Below, piece by piece: positions 50,598-61,467 of a DNA stretch of 64,000 nucleotides; the stretch's first letter is position 1, and each line of letters starts with the position of its first letter. The notes below the pieces were generated by a model. That model was not told where the DNA came from, searched no databases, and saw nothing but the letters and a program-made list of their open reading frames with translations. The stretch comes from Camelus dromedarius (taxonomy: Eukaryota). A program made the translations under genes and the position numbers. The stretch is taken from the NCBI RefSeq assembly GCF_036321535.1, contig NC_087437.1, positions 121,956,001 through 122,020,000 on the forward strand. Reading direction: 5' to 3'.

Positions 50598-52169
50598 ATA
50601 ATTTTGCTGGGTAAACTCACACCCTTTCACCTTGAGGGTTCCGGTTCCCTAAGGGGAGACTGAAGGCTTCCAGAACTCCCAGATGGGAAGTGCTTCCCCC
50701 CCGCTTGAGTTTGGGGGCTCTGTTGGCCAACATCCTCTTGCACCTCCTTGGAGAAGCCCGCGTACCCATGTCAGGACCCCGCTCCAGGTGTGGCTGCGTG
50801 TCTGCGAGCTTGAGGGTGGGGGGGGGCAGCGACTGAGCATGTCCGTCCGTCCATCTGTCCGCAGCTGTGATCCGTGAGCCTCGGCCTCGCCTCCACCTGC
50901 AGCCTCCCGACCTCACTGGAGGCCACGCCTTCCCCTCCTTGCTTCAGGCCGGCGCGTGCTCTCCAGGGAGGGCCGGTGACCTGTGAGGACCAGGCTGCAG
51001 CGCAGGGAGCGGCCTTGCGGGGAGGCCCCTGGTCCTGGCCTGCCCGCGCCCCGCACAGAGCCCCTCCCCCAGCCAGGCTGGTCAGGTAGTGAGGGCACCT
51101 GTCAGACACGCCTGCGAGCTGGCAGGACTCTGCACGGACACAGGGGAGCCTGGGCGGGAGCTTGGGCGGGGAGCGGGCAGAGGCCGGCCTGGGCCGCACC
51201 TGTCTGGCCCCCTCCGTGACCCGGGGCTTCCCTTCCAGGGAGCTTGGGCTGACGGCAGCAGGAGATGGGGCCTTGGGTCCCTGGAAATGGGGGCCCAGGA
51301 GGTCCCCTCATGAAGCTGAGGGGCAGCAGCTCAGTGCAGGGGCATGGGGAGGACGATGACGAGCCCCCCACTTCGGCCTGGGCCCCCAGAACAATTCAGC
51401 CCTCTGGAGGCGCTGACCCGAGTTGGCAGCCCTGGGAGACGGGCAGAAGCGAAGGTCTGCACCCCACCCAGTCCTGCCGCCCGCTAGCCGCTGGGCTGGG
51501 GTCATGTTTTGGAGCCAGTGAGTCGGATGGAGAAGGTGTGTGAGGCCCCGGGGGTGGGTCTGCGTGAACCTGGCCAGAGGGCCTTTCAGACTGGAGGTGG
51601 TGGGGGACCTTTGCTGAGGATGGCAGCCAGCTTCCCATCCCCCCACTGGGCCCAGTGTGCTCCTAGGCTTTGTCAAAAGCTCAGGGTGTCAGAAGGAGCA
51701 CAGTGACCACCTGCTCCTGAGGCCCGGGCCTCAGGGCGGCCCCTCCTCCCACACACTTCCGAGGGGCCAGGTTTCTCAGCCAGTGTCCCCTCCTGGAGGT
51801 GAGGTCCACCCTCCCGTCCCAGCCTCACGGGACAGCACTGCCCTCAGCCCCATGTGGCTGGGGTGATGTCTGTCTAGGCAACACTGTGTGGTGACAAACC
51901 CTCCTGTCCCTCGGGCTCCTCTGTGGTCCCTCCCTGAGCACAGTGTCCCTTGTGCTTGGTCCCACCTCGCTGGGTTCCAGTCTGTCACCTGGGCCCAGTG
52001 TCCTGCAGACTGGGGTCCCTACCTTCCTTTGGTCCCTCGAAAGCAAGCTGTGGACATATGTTGTGGCTGGAAGAGCCTCCAAAAGGCCTTGGCCCTGCTT
52101 CCCTGGGCGTGGTTCCAGTTGGGGGCTGTCATAAATACAGCTGCAGCGGGAGTTTAAACGCAGAGCTCT

Positions 52170-54520
52170 ATTTCTCTGGAGCAAACGCACAACAGCGCGA
52201 TGGCTGGGCTGTATAGTAAGTGTACGTTTAGTTTTATAAGAAACGATTTTTTCCAGGGTGGCCGCACCGTTTTACGTTTCTACCAGAAACGTGTGTGAGA
52301 CCAGCTCCTGCGCACCCTGGCCGGCGTTGGGTGCTAGCCCTGCTGGTTAAACTGTGCTGATGCGTGTGAGCGACAGCCCTCGTGGGCTGGCCTTGCATCT
52401 GCGCGGTGGCTGACAGCGTTGAGCGCCTTGCCACGTGCTTGCTTGCTGCCCCTGTATTAATTTGGGGAAATAGGCATTCATGTCTTTTGCTCATTTTCTA
52501 ACTGAGTTTTTTAAATGTTCACTGTTGAGTTTTGAGTATCCTTAATGTAGGCTGCGTACTAGTCTTGTAGGATGTGTGGTTTGCAAATACTTTCCCCAAG
52601 TCTGCAGCTTGTCTTTTCATTCTCTTACCAGGGTGTGCGGCACAGCAAAAGGTTTTAATTTTGATTAAGTCCGGTTTATCAGTTTTTTCTTTCATGGGTC
52701 ATGCTTTCTGTGTCAAGTCTAAGAACTCTTTGCCCAGCCCAGATCCTGGAGATTTTCTATTTTCTTTCCTAAAAATTTTGTAGTTTCTTGCTCATTTTAT
52801 CGGTCACCCATTTTGAGTTAGTGTTTGTGGAAGGCGTGAGACTGAGGGCCAGGGGCCTGTGTCCCAGCGCCTTGCATCGGGGGACCATGCCTTCTCCCCG
52901 GACCTGCTTTCTACCTGTCAGAGCCGAGCCGCCCCTGGTGGGTCCACTTCTGGGTTCTCTGTTCTAGTCCGCTGACCTCCGGGTCCCTCCCGATGCCAGC
53001 ACCACACTCTCTTGAATCCTGTAGCTATAAAGTGAGCCTTGTTACCAGACCGAGGGGGTCTTCCTACTTTATCCTTCTCTTTCCATGTAAATTCTGGAAT
53101 AAGTTTACGTCTACAGACCGCGCTGGGACTTTGGTAGGAACTGCATTGAGCTTGCAGTTGGATTTGGAGAGAAATGATGTCTTCACCGTATTGAGTCTTC
53201 CAATGGCTGTCACGTTCCTCCATTTATTTGGGTTTCTTTGATTTATTTCATCAGCATTTTGCAGTTTTCAGCATATGGATCCTTCATAAGTTTTGTTAAG
53301 TATGGACCTGAGCATTTCATTTTATTTTGAGTGATTTTAAATGATATTTGTTTTAAATTTTGGTTTGTGTGTGCTCACCATTAGTACATAGAAATGCAGT
53401 TAATTTTGTGTATGTTGTAGTCTGCACCATTCTGAACGCATGTGCTAGATCTAGGAGTTTTGTTCTGCTTTATAGATTCCTCAAGATTTTCCTGGTAGAA
53501 AATCAGATCATCTGCAGATAGAGATCTATCTGCTTCTGATTTTTTTTCTTGCCTAGTGCAGTGGCTGGAACTCGAGTGGCGTGCTGAGTAAGAGCAGTGG
53601 CTGTGGATGGTGGCGGGGGACGGCCGTGCCCGCCCAGTCTTAGGGGCGGCATCCTGTCTGCCGCCATCACGTGTGATGTTCCCTGGAGGGTTTTTGTAGA
53701 TGCTGCCTAGCAAGTCGCAATCATTTGCCTCTATTCTTAACTTGCTGGTATTTTTTTTTATCATGAATTAAATGTTGAATTTTGTCAAATGCTTTTTAAC
53801 ACATCGGATTGTATAATTGTGTGGTTTTAATGCTTTGGCTTGTGGACACGGTAGATTATATTGACTGATTTTTGTCACTGTGGAGGCAGCCTTATATATC
53901 TGGTAAATCCTGCTTGTCCATGGTGTATAATTCTTTTATGCATTGTTGGATTCATTTGCTAATTAGAAAAAAATTTTGATCTACTTGTGTTGATGTTCAT
54001 AGAGAAATTAGTCTATGTTTTCTTTTTCTCTACTGTCTGATCTCTGGTTTTGGTATCAGGGCACTATCTGTTTTCTGTAAAAGAGTATCTAAAGCTTATG
54101 TTCATTCCTTTTTTAAATGTTTGGTAAATCCTCCAGGGAAACCATTTGGACCTGGAGATTTCTTTCTTCTGGAGCTTCTTAGTGCAAGTTTCTGTGTCTC
54201 TAGTGGCTATAGTCATGCTGAGACTGTCTATTTCATTCGACTGATTTTCGGCAATTTGTTGGTGGTTCTTCAGTTGTCCTCTTTCCTTGCAGCGGTTTTT
54301 AAAGATTTGCTTTAAGCATGTTCACAAATGCCCACTGCAGCGTTTTGTGACGGCTGCTTCAAAGCCCCTGTCAGAGGCGTCTAATATCTCTGTCATCTCA
54401 GTGCTAGCATTGCTTGATTTTCTTTTCCTTTTCGTGTTGAGATGTTCCTAGTTTTCGGTATGGCAAGTGATTTTTGTTTGTAACCTGAAAATTATGGTCA
54501 CTGTGTTATCATATTCTGGA
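52170..54520 (-). mobile_element. Old LINE-1 ORF2/3' region, antisense
   Basis: gtggtttgcaaatactttccccaagtctg, gatttggagagaaatgatgtcttcaccgtattgagtcttccaat. Minus ORF 53381-53764 contains L1 RT-like LSADDLIFYQENLEES. Confidence 0.85.
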
Positions 54521-54875
54521 TCTTATAAAAATCCCCTGTCTTAGCAGGTCTCTGCTGACACCCTTGGGGAGGACGCCTCGGTCACAGCGGCGGGGTGGCT
54601 GTCCCGGCCCTCCCCCGGCCTCCCTGGCACCTTGGGTAGAGGGAGGAGTGCCTTGTCACTGCTGAGTGGGAGCCTGCTCTGAGAGAGGCACTAGTGAGTG
54701 TGTGTGTCCTGTGTGTGTGTCCTGCCAGCTTCACCTGGAGGAGGGCAAAGTTGTCAGAAAGCTTCCTGGCTTCCTAGGTTTCCTGGTCCCAGACCTTTGC
54801 CGAGAAAGAGAGAGAGAGAGAGGTGGCTTTTCTTGAGAAAAGCCCATGTTCTTTGGCATTTTTCCTGTGTTCTTT

Positions 54876-55399
54876 TGTTACTGAGTCCAAACTCGTTCTG
54901 CTCGCCGCACGACAGGCCAGTAAATCGGGAGACGAGGTGCTGGGGCCAGGAACAGTGACTTTATTCAGAAAGCCGGCAGACCAACAGGATGGGGGACTCA
55001 TGTCCTGGAGAACCATCCTCCCCAGGTCAGAATTCAGGCTCCTTTTATACTAAAAAGGGGAGGAGGTGTGTTCGATGGCTGCAAACTTCTTGGTGTAGGA
55101 ATTCTTTGTTATTGAACCCTTTGTTCTTGCAGCCGTCCACGAGGGTTAGGTCGTGGTGTCCCTGTAAGTCTCCAACAAAGCCACCTTTCTGTTCTGCAGC
55201 TTGTCTTTAAATGAAGGAAAAAGCGTTAATATCCTTAAAGGTCAGAACCTGGAGAATGGGCTCCTGTGTATTCCAGGCTCTAGGCAGCACTCTTTTACAA
55301 AAGGTGCAGCCAGCACGACCAAGCCTAGGAAGCAGGGCACAGGGTTAAAGCCAAAGGGCCAGATCCAACATGGAGTCAGATTTGCTCTTTTCTAGTACA
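54876..55399 (-). mobile_element. ERV1-like solo LTR (524 bp), same family as 22674-23105
   Basis: TGTTA...TACA termini; CTTT/CGTT flanks (1-mismatch TSD); minus-strand TATAAAAG (55042-55049) and AATAAA (54960-54965). Shares ccaaactcgttctgctc...aaatcgggagac...tggagaaccatcctcccc...atggagtcagatttg with the first copy. Confidence 0.88.
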
Positions 55400-56379
55400 C
55401 GTTGGCATTTTCAGTTGCAGGCTTCTCCAGTGACCAGTTTGGAATAAATAGGAGGGAAACATAAAAAACCACAATGGTGACCTCACTGCTGTGTCAGCCT
55501 TCACGCCTGAGAGCCCGTCCAGGCCACCTGCTGTCCACCTTCCCAGGTTTTCTTACACGTGTTTCCTGGTTAACCCGGGTTTTAGTTGTGCTCAGCAGGA
55601 GTGTAGGGAGAAACACGCCTGCTGCTTCTCATCCCGAACCAGAAGCCCTGGGCTTCCTTTCAGTTGCTCGAGTCACCTGTCCCGTCCTGACTGTTCTTGG
55701 TCAGTGTCATCAGAGGGTGTGTATTTTGGGACCCTTTTTGAAGAACCAAATTTTGTATTTGTTTCTCTTCACAGCTGGCTTCTGTCATAACTTCTGAGCT
55801 GCTCCTTATTAACGATACCACCTTCCCGTCTGCTGTGGGTGCTTCCTGTTGTTTCCCTACCTTCTCAAATCGGATTTTCTATTCGCTAATGTTCTGGCCT
55901 TCTTTGCTCCTGCTCTAGGCGTTTAAAAGCTGTGAGTTTCCCCGCGAGTTCCCCTGCAGCTGAGGGCTGCGCGTTTTGCCACGCGGTACTCTTGGTGGCG
56001 TTGAGGTCGAGTGATTTCCTGAGTTCATTATGTTCTTCCCCTCCATTTCTTATTTAGAGGCATTTAAGAAGTGTTATGTCCAGGAGAATTATAAAGTCAT
56101 CTTTTGCTGCTGATTTCTAATTTAATTGCCTCGTGGGTGGAAAGCATGGTCTGTTGATTGCATGTCTTCAAAATTTGTGGAAATTTGCATTACGAGTTAG
56201 AACATTGTCAATTTGGGTTTCGTTCTCTGAGAGCTTTAGGAGAATGTCAGGTGTGGGTTTGTGCACACACGCACACACACACACACAGGGCATCTCCCTC
56301 TGCTTTCACTGTCCTGGTGTGAACCGTGACAGGAGGTGGGATGACCCCGCCAGATGGGCGCTGTTGGTCTGGCCCGGGC

Positions 56380-57130
56380 CTCGCTCCTCGGATTAACCCC
56401 TGGCGGGCTCTGCGGGTGCCGAGGCCCCCCTTGACTGTGCATAAACCCTCCCTTCCCCGGATTATCGCAGCATCTCCTGAACTCTCTCCTGGCTTCTCAC
56501 GTTCAGCCTGGACTCCGCGCCCCCAGCCAGACTAACCGCTGGCGGTAAAACATCATGATTTATCCAAGCCCCCTCACAGCCCTGCCTTCCGCAAACTTCC
56601 TTCTTAAAGTGGCCTGCAGGCCCCCCCCCCCCCCCCCCCCGCCGCCAGCGGAGCAGGGACAGCCCGCTGCTGCCGCTACTGCTGCCGCGCGTCTCCAGCC
56701 TCCAGGTGCAGCCCGGCCTGCAGGCCCCGGGCCTCGCTGGGAGCCGCTCTGCCCACATGCACCTGCGCGTGTCCGCCCATCTAAGCGCATGCGGGGTGCG
56801 TGTGCGGGGCTCAGAGCGCGCTGGGCTGCTTTGGTCTGGACCGGGACCGGGCAGAGGGGATGCTCCCGCCTTGGGCGCTGTCCTTTGAAACGGATTCGTG
56901 GTGGCGGCCTGTTCAGCAGGGCGCTGAGAACCACTGCTCCTGCTGTGACTAAGTGGGTCGTGCTGCCGCGGAGGCCGGAGAGCGAGAGCGGGGAAGGGGA
57001 TTGCGGGCCACATGCTCTCTCCTCTGCGGCCTCGCTTCCTAACACGGGAGGAGTTTTGAAAAGAGAACGCAGAGCCTTTCCTCCCAAGACGGCCCCTCAC
57101 TCCCGTCTCACCCCGCGGGGCTGTCGGTGA
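56380..57130. promoter_or_regulatory. CpG-island-like candidate promoter/enhancer
   Basis: Dense CpG, C20 tract at 56621-56640, GCT/GCC repeats, NRF1-like GCGCATGCG at 56785-56793, homeodomain motifs. CpG density judged by eye. Confidence 0.45.
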
Positions 57131-57954
57131 CGTTGGGAGAAGTGGCTCCTTGCGCTGAGTCTGTGTGGCACACCCCCTGCCGGGCTTCTGGCCCCCTGGT
57201 GCTTCCTACCAAATTTAGTGACACGGGGCTACGTATTTAGTAAACTGATTCCCTTCACGTGTTTCTGAAATGATGTAAATTTCAATAGAATGTTCTTCAG
57301 TTAGCTTATTTCTGGTTTCTTGTGTTGTCATCAGAAACTGCGGTCTGCACCATTTCTAGTTTATGTGACTTACTAAGAGAGGTGGTCTTGTCTTCGGGGA
57401 GAGCCTCTGGGGAGAAGGGGCGCGAGGTCTCAGGCTCCTGCTGTTGCCCTCCACGCAGGGCTCCTGTGTTAATGCTGGCGTTTCAGGTCCTAAGTGTCTC
57501 CCTCTTCTGAGACGGAGCCTCCGGTTGGCCATGGGTGCCGGGCACTGGGGCCCTAACGCTCCCTCACAGACAGTGTGAGCTGTTGCTCCTGTTTTCACCC
57601 CCCCCCCCCCCCCCCGCGCAGCCACCTGGGCCCCAGGCTCTGCTCCTCCTAGCATTGCCTCCCCCTCCCCCCTCCCCCCCTCCCCGGCGGCCCCGCCTGG
57701 CAGAGGCTTCAGCTTCGGTGTCTCTGCTTCTCGCTCACTGCGTGTCCACCCACGTCCCAGGCCCTGGTCTCGTGTTGACGGTGCTTGTGGGTTGTCCTCG
57801 CTGCTCAGTGCTTGTGGGTTTGTGCCGCTTTATGTTGTATGTCACTTTGGTGCCGTTTCTGTAAGGGTGGAGTAAACGCGCACTAATTCTGTGATGCTTA
57901 ATACGAGATTTCTTCCGTTCCTTTTCCAAACTTTTGAGTATTTACCACCTTTGT

Positions 57955-59650
57955 TTTGTTTTAATTGAAGTATGGTTGATTTACAATGTTGTGTTCGGTT
58001 CGAGTGTACAGCAAGCTGATTCAATTATGTGTGCACACAGATATGTTCTTTTTCAGACTCTTTTCCATTGTAGGTTATTACAAGATGCTGAATATAGTTC
58101 CATGTGCTGCACAGCAGGGCCTTGTTGTTCAGCTGTTTAATGTATAGCGGTGTGTGTCTTTTAATCCCAACTCCCAATTTATCCCCCCACCATTACCTTT
58201 TTTTTAATTGAGTATAGTGTAAATTTCACACTTTAGAAGTGCACATTTTCGTAGTTTTTAGCTACTCAGCAAGGTGTGCAACCACCAGCACGATCTAATT
58301 ACAGAACACTTTCGTCACCCCTGAAGGACCCACGCCCATGATCAGTCATTTCTGTTCCCTCTCTCCTTAGCCCTGGGGACACTGGTCCACTTTCTGTCCT
58401 GGCAGGTTTGCCTGTTCTGGACGTTTAGTACCCGTGGGATCACACGTCTGTGACCTTCTGTGTCAGGCTTTTTCCAGGTTCATCCACGTCGCAGCCGCGT
58501 CAGCGCTTCCTCCCTTTGGTGGCGAGTAACATCCCGATATAAGGGTCCCCCACACGTGGTTCGTCCATTCGTCCTCGGGAGGCGGACGCTGGGTTGTGCC
58601 ACCTTCTGGCCGCCGTGGGCAGTGCTGCTGGGAGCTCCCCGTCGAGTGTGGGTGCGGACAGGTGTCTTCAGTTCTCCTGGCCTGGGCCTGCGCGGGGGCT
58701 GGGTCACGGGGCAGCCCTGGGTTAACTTGGGAGTAGCTGCAGGCCGTCAGTGGCTGTCCCTCTTTCCGTCCCCCCAGCAGCGTCTGAAGAGTCCAGTTCT
58801 CCGCGTCCTTGCTGACGTTTGTTATTGTCTGTTGCTCCTTGCTGTTACTGTTGTAAGTGTTGTCACTACTGTCGCCATCCTACGTGGGTGTGACGTGGGG
58901 TCTCACTGTGGTTTTGATTTGCATTTTTCTTTTTTTTCTCTATTTTTTTTCTTTTTAACGCACAGTATTTTATCTTTGTTTTGTTTTTCCTTTGAGGGGG
59001 AGGTAACCAGGTTTTATTTTTATTTATTGTATTTTTTTTTTTAATGGAGGCATGGGGGTTGACCCAGGACCTCGTGCGCCCTGCACACGCTCTGCCTGAG
59101 CCCCTCCTCCCGCCCCGCGCTCCCTGATGCCGATGGCGCTAAGCTGCTCTCCTGTGCATGTCGGGCGTTTCTGCGCTTGCCTCAGAGAAGGACGTGCTCA
59201 AGTCCTTCACGTACTTTTAAATTGTTCTTGAACTGCTGAGATGTAGAAGTTCTGCGCGCGGTGGTCTGAACACTAGTCCCTTCTCAGGTACTCGGTTTGC
59301 AGGCACTTTCCTCTGTTACGTGCATTGTATTTTCGCTTTCTTGTTTGTGTCTTTTGCTGCACAAAAATTCTTCATTTTCATGAAGTCCAGTTTATCTGTG
59401 TTTCTGTCGTTGCCTGTGCTTTTTGGTGTTACATCCATGAAATCGTTGCCAAGTCCAACGTGATGGAGATTTTTTTCAGTATTTAGTTTTAGCTCTTGAG
59501 TGTAGGTCTTTGATCTGTTCAAAATTAAGTTTTGTATGTGGTATAAACTGAGGCTTACGTTAATTCTCCGGTGTGTGGATACCAGTTTCCCCAGCACCAC
59601 ATGTTGAATGACTGTTCTTTTCTCGTTGGCTTGTCTTGGCACCGTTGCCA
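57955..59650 (-). mobile_element. L1 3'-end fragment plus older L1MB-like fragments, antisense
   Basis: ttaattgaagtatggttgatttacaatgttgtg at 57960. A second 3' end starts at about 58200. gcacaaaaattcttcattttcatgaagtccagtttatct at 59360. Confidence 0.8.
58990..59111 (-). mobile_element. tRNA-derived SINE resembling camelid Vic-1
   Basis: gggggaggtaaccaggttttatt...ttaatggaggcatgggggttgacccaggacctcgtgcg...ctgagcccctcctccc resembles the antisense camelid SINE as I remember it. This is the main basis for the taxon guess. Confidence 0.7.
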
Positions 59651-61356
59651 AAAACTCTCCCATGGCTTTCTGATGAGTGCCCCCTCTCTGGTCCTCTGAT
59701 GCGCCGTAACACGCTGAGCCTGGTCCTTCCCAGCTGTGCCTTCCCAGCTGAGACACCGTGTGCCCCCGTGAGAGGGGGAGGCTCGTACTCAGCACCGTCC
59801 CTCATGGCGTTTCCTTTCGTGTTGTATTTTCTCATTTATATCATTTTGATCCTCACACATTACATAGGCAAGATATGTTAGTTTGAAATAGACTCAGTCA
59901 GGGATGTTATTTATTGCCTAAAGTGGTTACCTGGCTGACACGGAGGAAGACAGAGACATTTAACACGGGCTTGTAATTATTTTTGGTGCTATGACCTCGC
60001 AGTTCCAAATGTCAGACGCTTTGTAAAGAAGCCTGGAAAGACGTCTGTAACCATGAGGTGCAGAGGGCATAAGCATGCACCGAAGAGCAGACTTAAAACG
60101 CAACAAAGAGGGGAATGTTATGGAAATACACTCTTGTACCTGGGGATTAAATTTCCTGTTTGGGCAATAAATGTGAGTTTAGAAAGTGAAATGTCAGGAA
60201 ACTTGGACCAAGGTGAAAATGGCGCATTCTGGGAAGAGATGCCGTGGACAGATTGCACGTGAAATGGAAGGGTCTGAATGACACGGTTAGACTAGCTGTG
60301 AAAGAGGGAAGCCGGCAGTGTGTTTAAGTTAATGTGTGATTTCATAAATGTTATTTGTAAATCAGCGTATGTACATATATAAACTACTAAATATTGTAAG
60401 TAGAAAGTTGACTGTTTCTCTTAGATTCTCAAAAGTGTTTACAGCTTTAACAAAAAACTTCTCTTGGACTTCTCATCTTTGAAATGGGTGGCGCCTCCGT
60501 GTTTGCAAGGCGGCCTCCTCGGGCAGGCACAGGGCAGCATCCGGTGAGAAGCTCCGTCTGGCCTCCGGCGCCACCCCTGCACCCCGCACCCGCATGTGTA
60601 AGGAGCGCGGCTGCTCTGCGTGCGGGGCGGCAGTTCTGTCAAAGCTCAGCCCTGCCAGGTGAGGTCGCAGCCTGGAAGCTCACGTCCCCCGTGTTTTGTG
60701 TCTTAGGTGAGCGGGCTCCTCCAAGCCACCAGCTCCGGTTGGGATGCTCTGACTTACGACACATCTGAACACATGCCGTCCAGGGACCTGCTCTGACTCG
60801 GAGAGCCTGCTTATGGGGGAAGGTGAGTGCCTGTGACCTGTCTTGTTTGCATGTGTATTTTCCAAGAATGTGTGTGGCAGAGGCAAGCTCGCCCTTGAAG
60901 GTGGAAGCTGTTCCAAGCGGCACGACACTGAGTGTTACCCTCTGCTCCGTGATGTGCTGTCAGCTGGGAGCGGCGCTGGGGAGAGAAGACAGACCCTCGA
61001 GAGGGAGACCGCAGCAAGGAAAGGAAGCCGAGACGAGGCCTTGGTGCTGCGGGCGCGTCGTTCCCGGGCGGCTCTTGAAAGTCACCTGTAGTCGAGTTAG
61101 AGTTTGAAGAAGCAGGTCCAAACTGGGGCAGAAGTGTTTCTCCGTGGCTTTTTCCCTTGAACTTTGAGGAACGTGGGTGCCTTAGAATTGTGTCCCCCTA
61201 AGTGTTCCCCAGCGTTAGCCCCCGAGGGCCTCATCCCACCATTTTGTAAAGAAGCCGGGTGTGGGGTCTGAAGAGCTGGGCCTGTCGTTCTGTAAGTGAG
61301 GACCAGCCCTGCGCAGGGCCCCGAGCTAACTCTGCTGGCTGGCCTGCCACGTGGGT

Positions 61357-61467
61357 GTGGGTGCAGGAGCCTGCGTGCACGTGTGCAAGAGGGTGTGCGC
61401 ATGTGTGTGCAGGAGGGTGCGCACGTGTGTGCAGGAGGGTTGCGTGCGTGTGTGCAGGAGGGTGTGT
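61357..61467. repeat. Imperfect tandem repeat, about 5 copies of a 22-24 bp unit
   Basis: gtgtgcaggagggtgcgcacgt-like units. Confidence 0.8.

Noticed and set aside
22674..55399. The two related LTRs as the ends of one provirus
   Set aside because: They are 32 kb apart, each has its own target-site flanks, and no gag/pol/env lies between them.
56555..57130. Pro/Ala-rich 191-aa ORF
   Set aside because: Derived from the poly-C and GCT tracts of the CpG block; similar-length ORFs occur on the opposite strand and no domain is recognisable.
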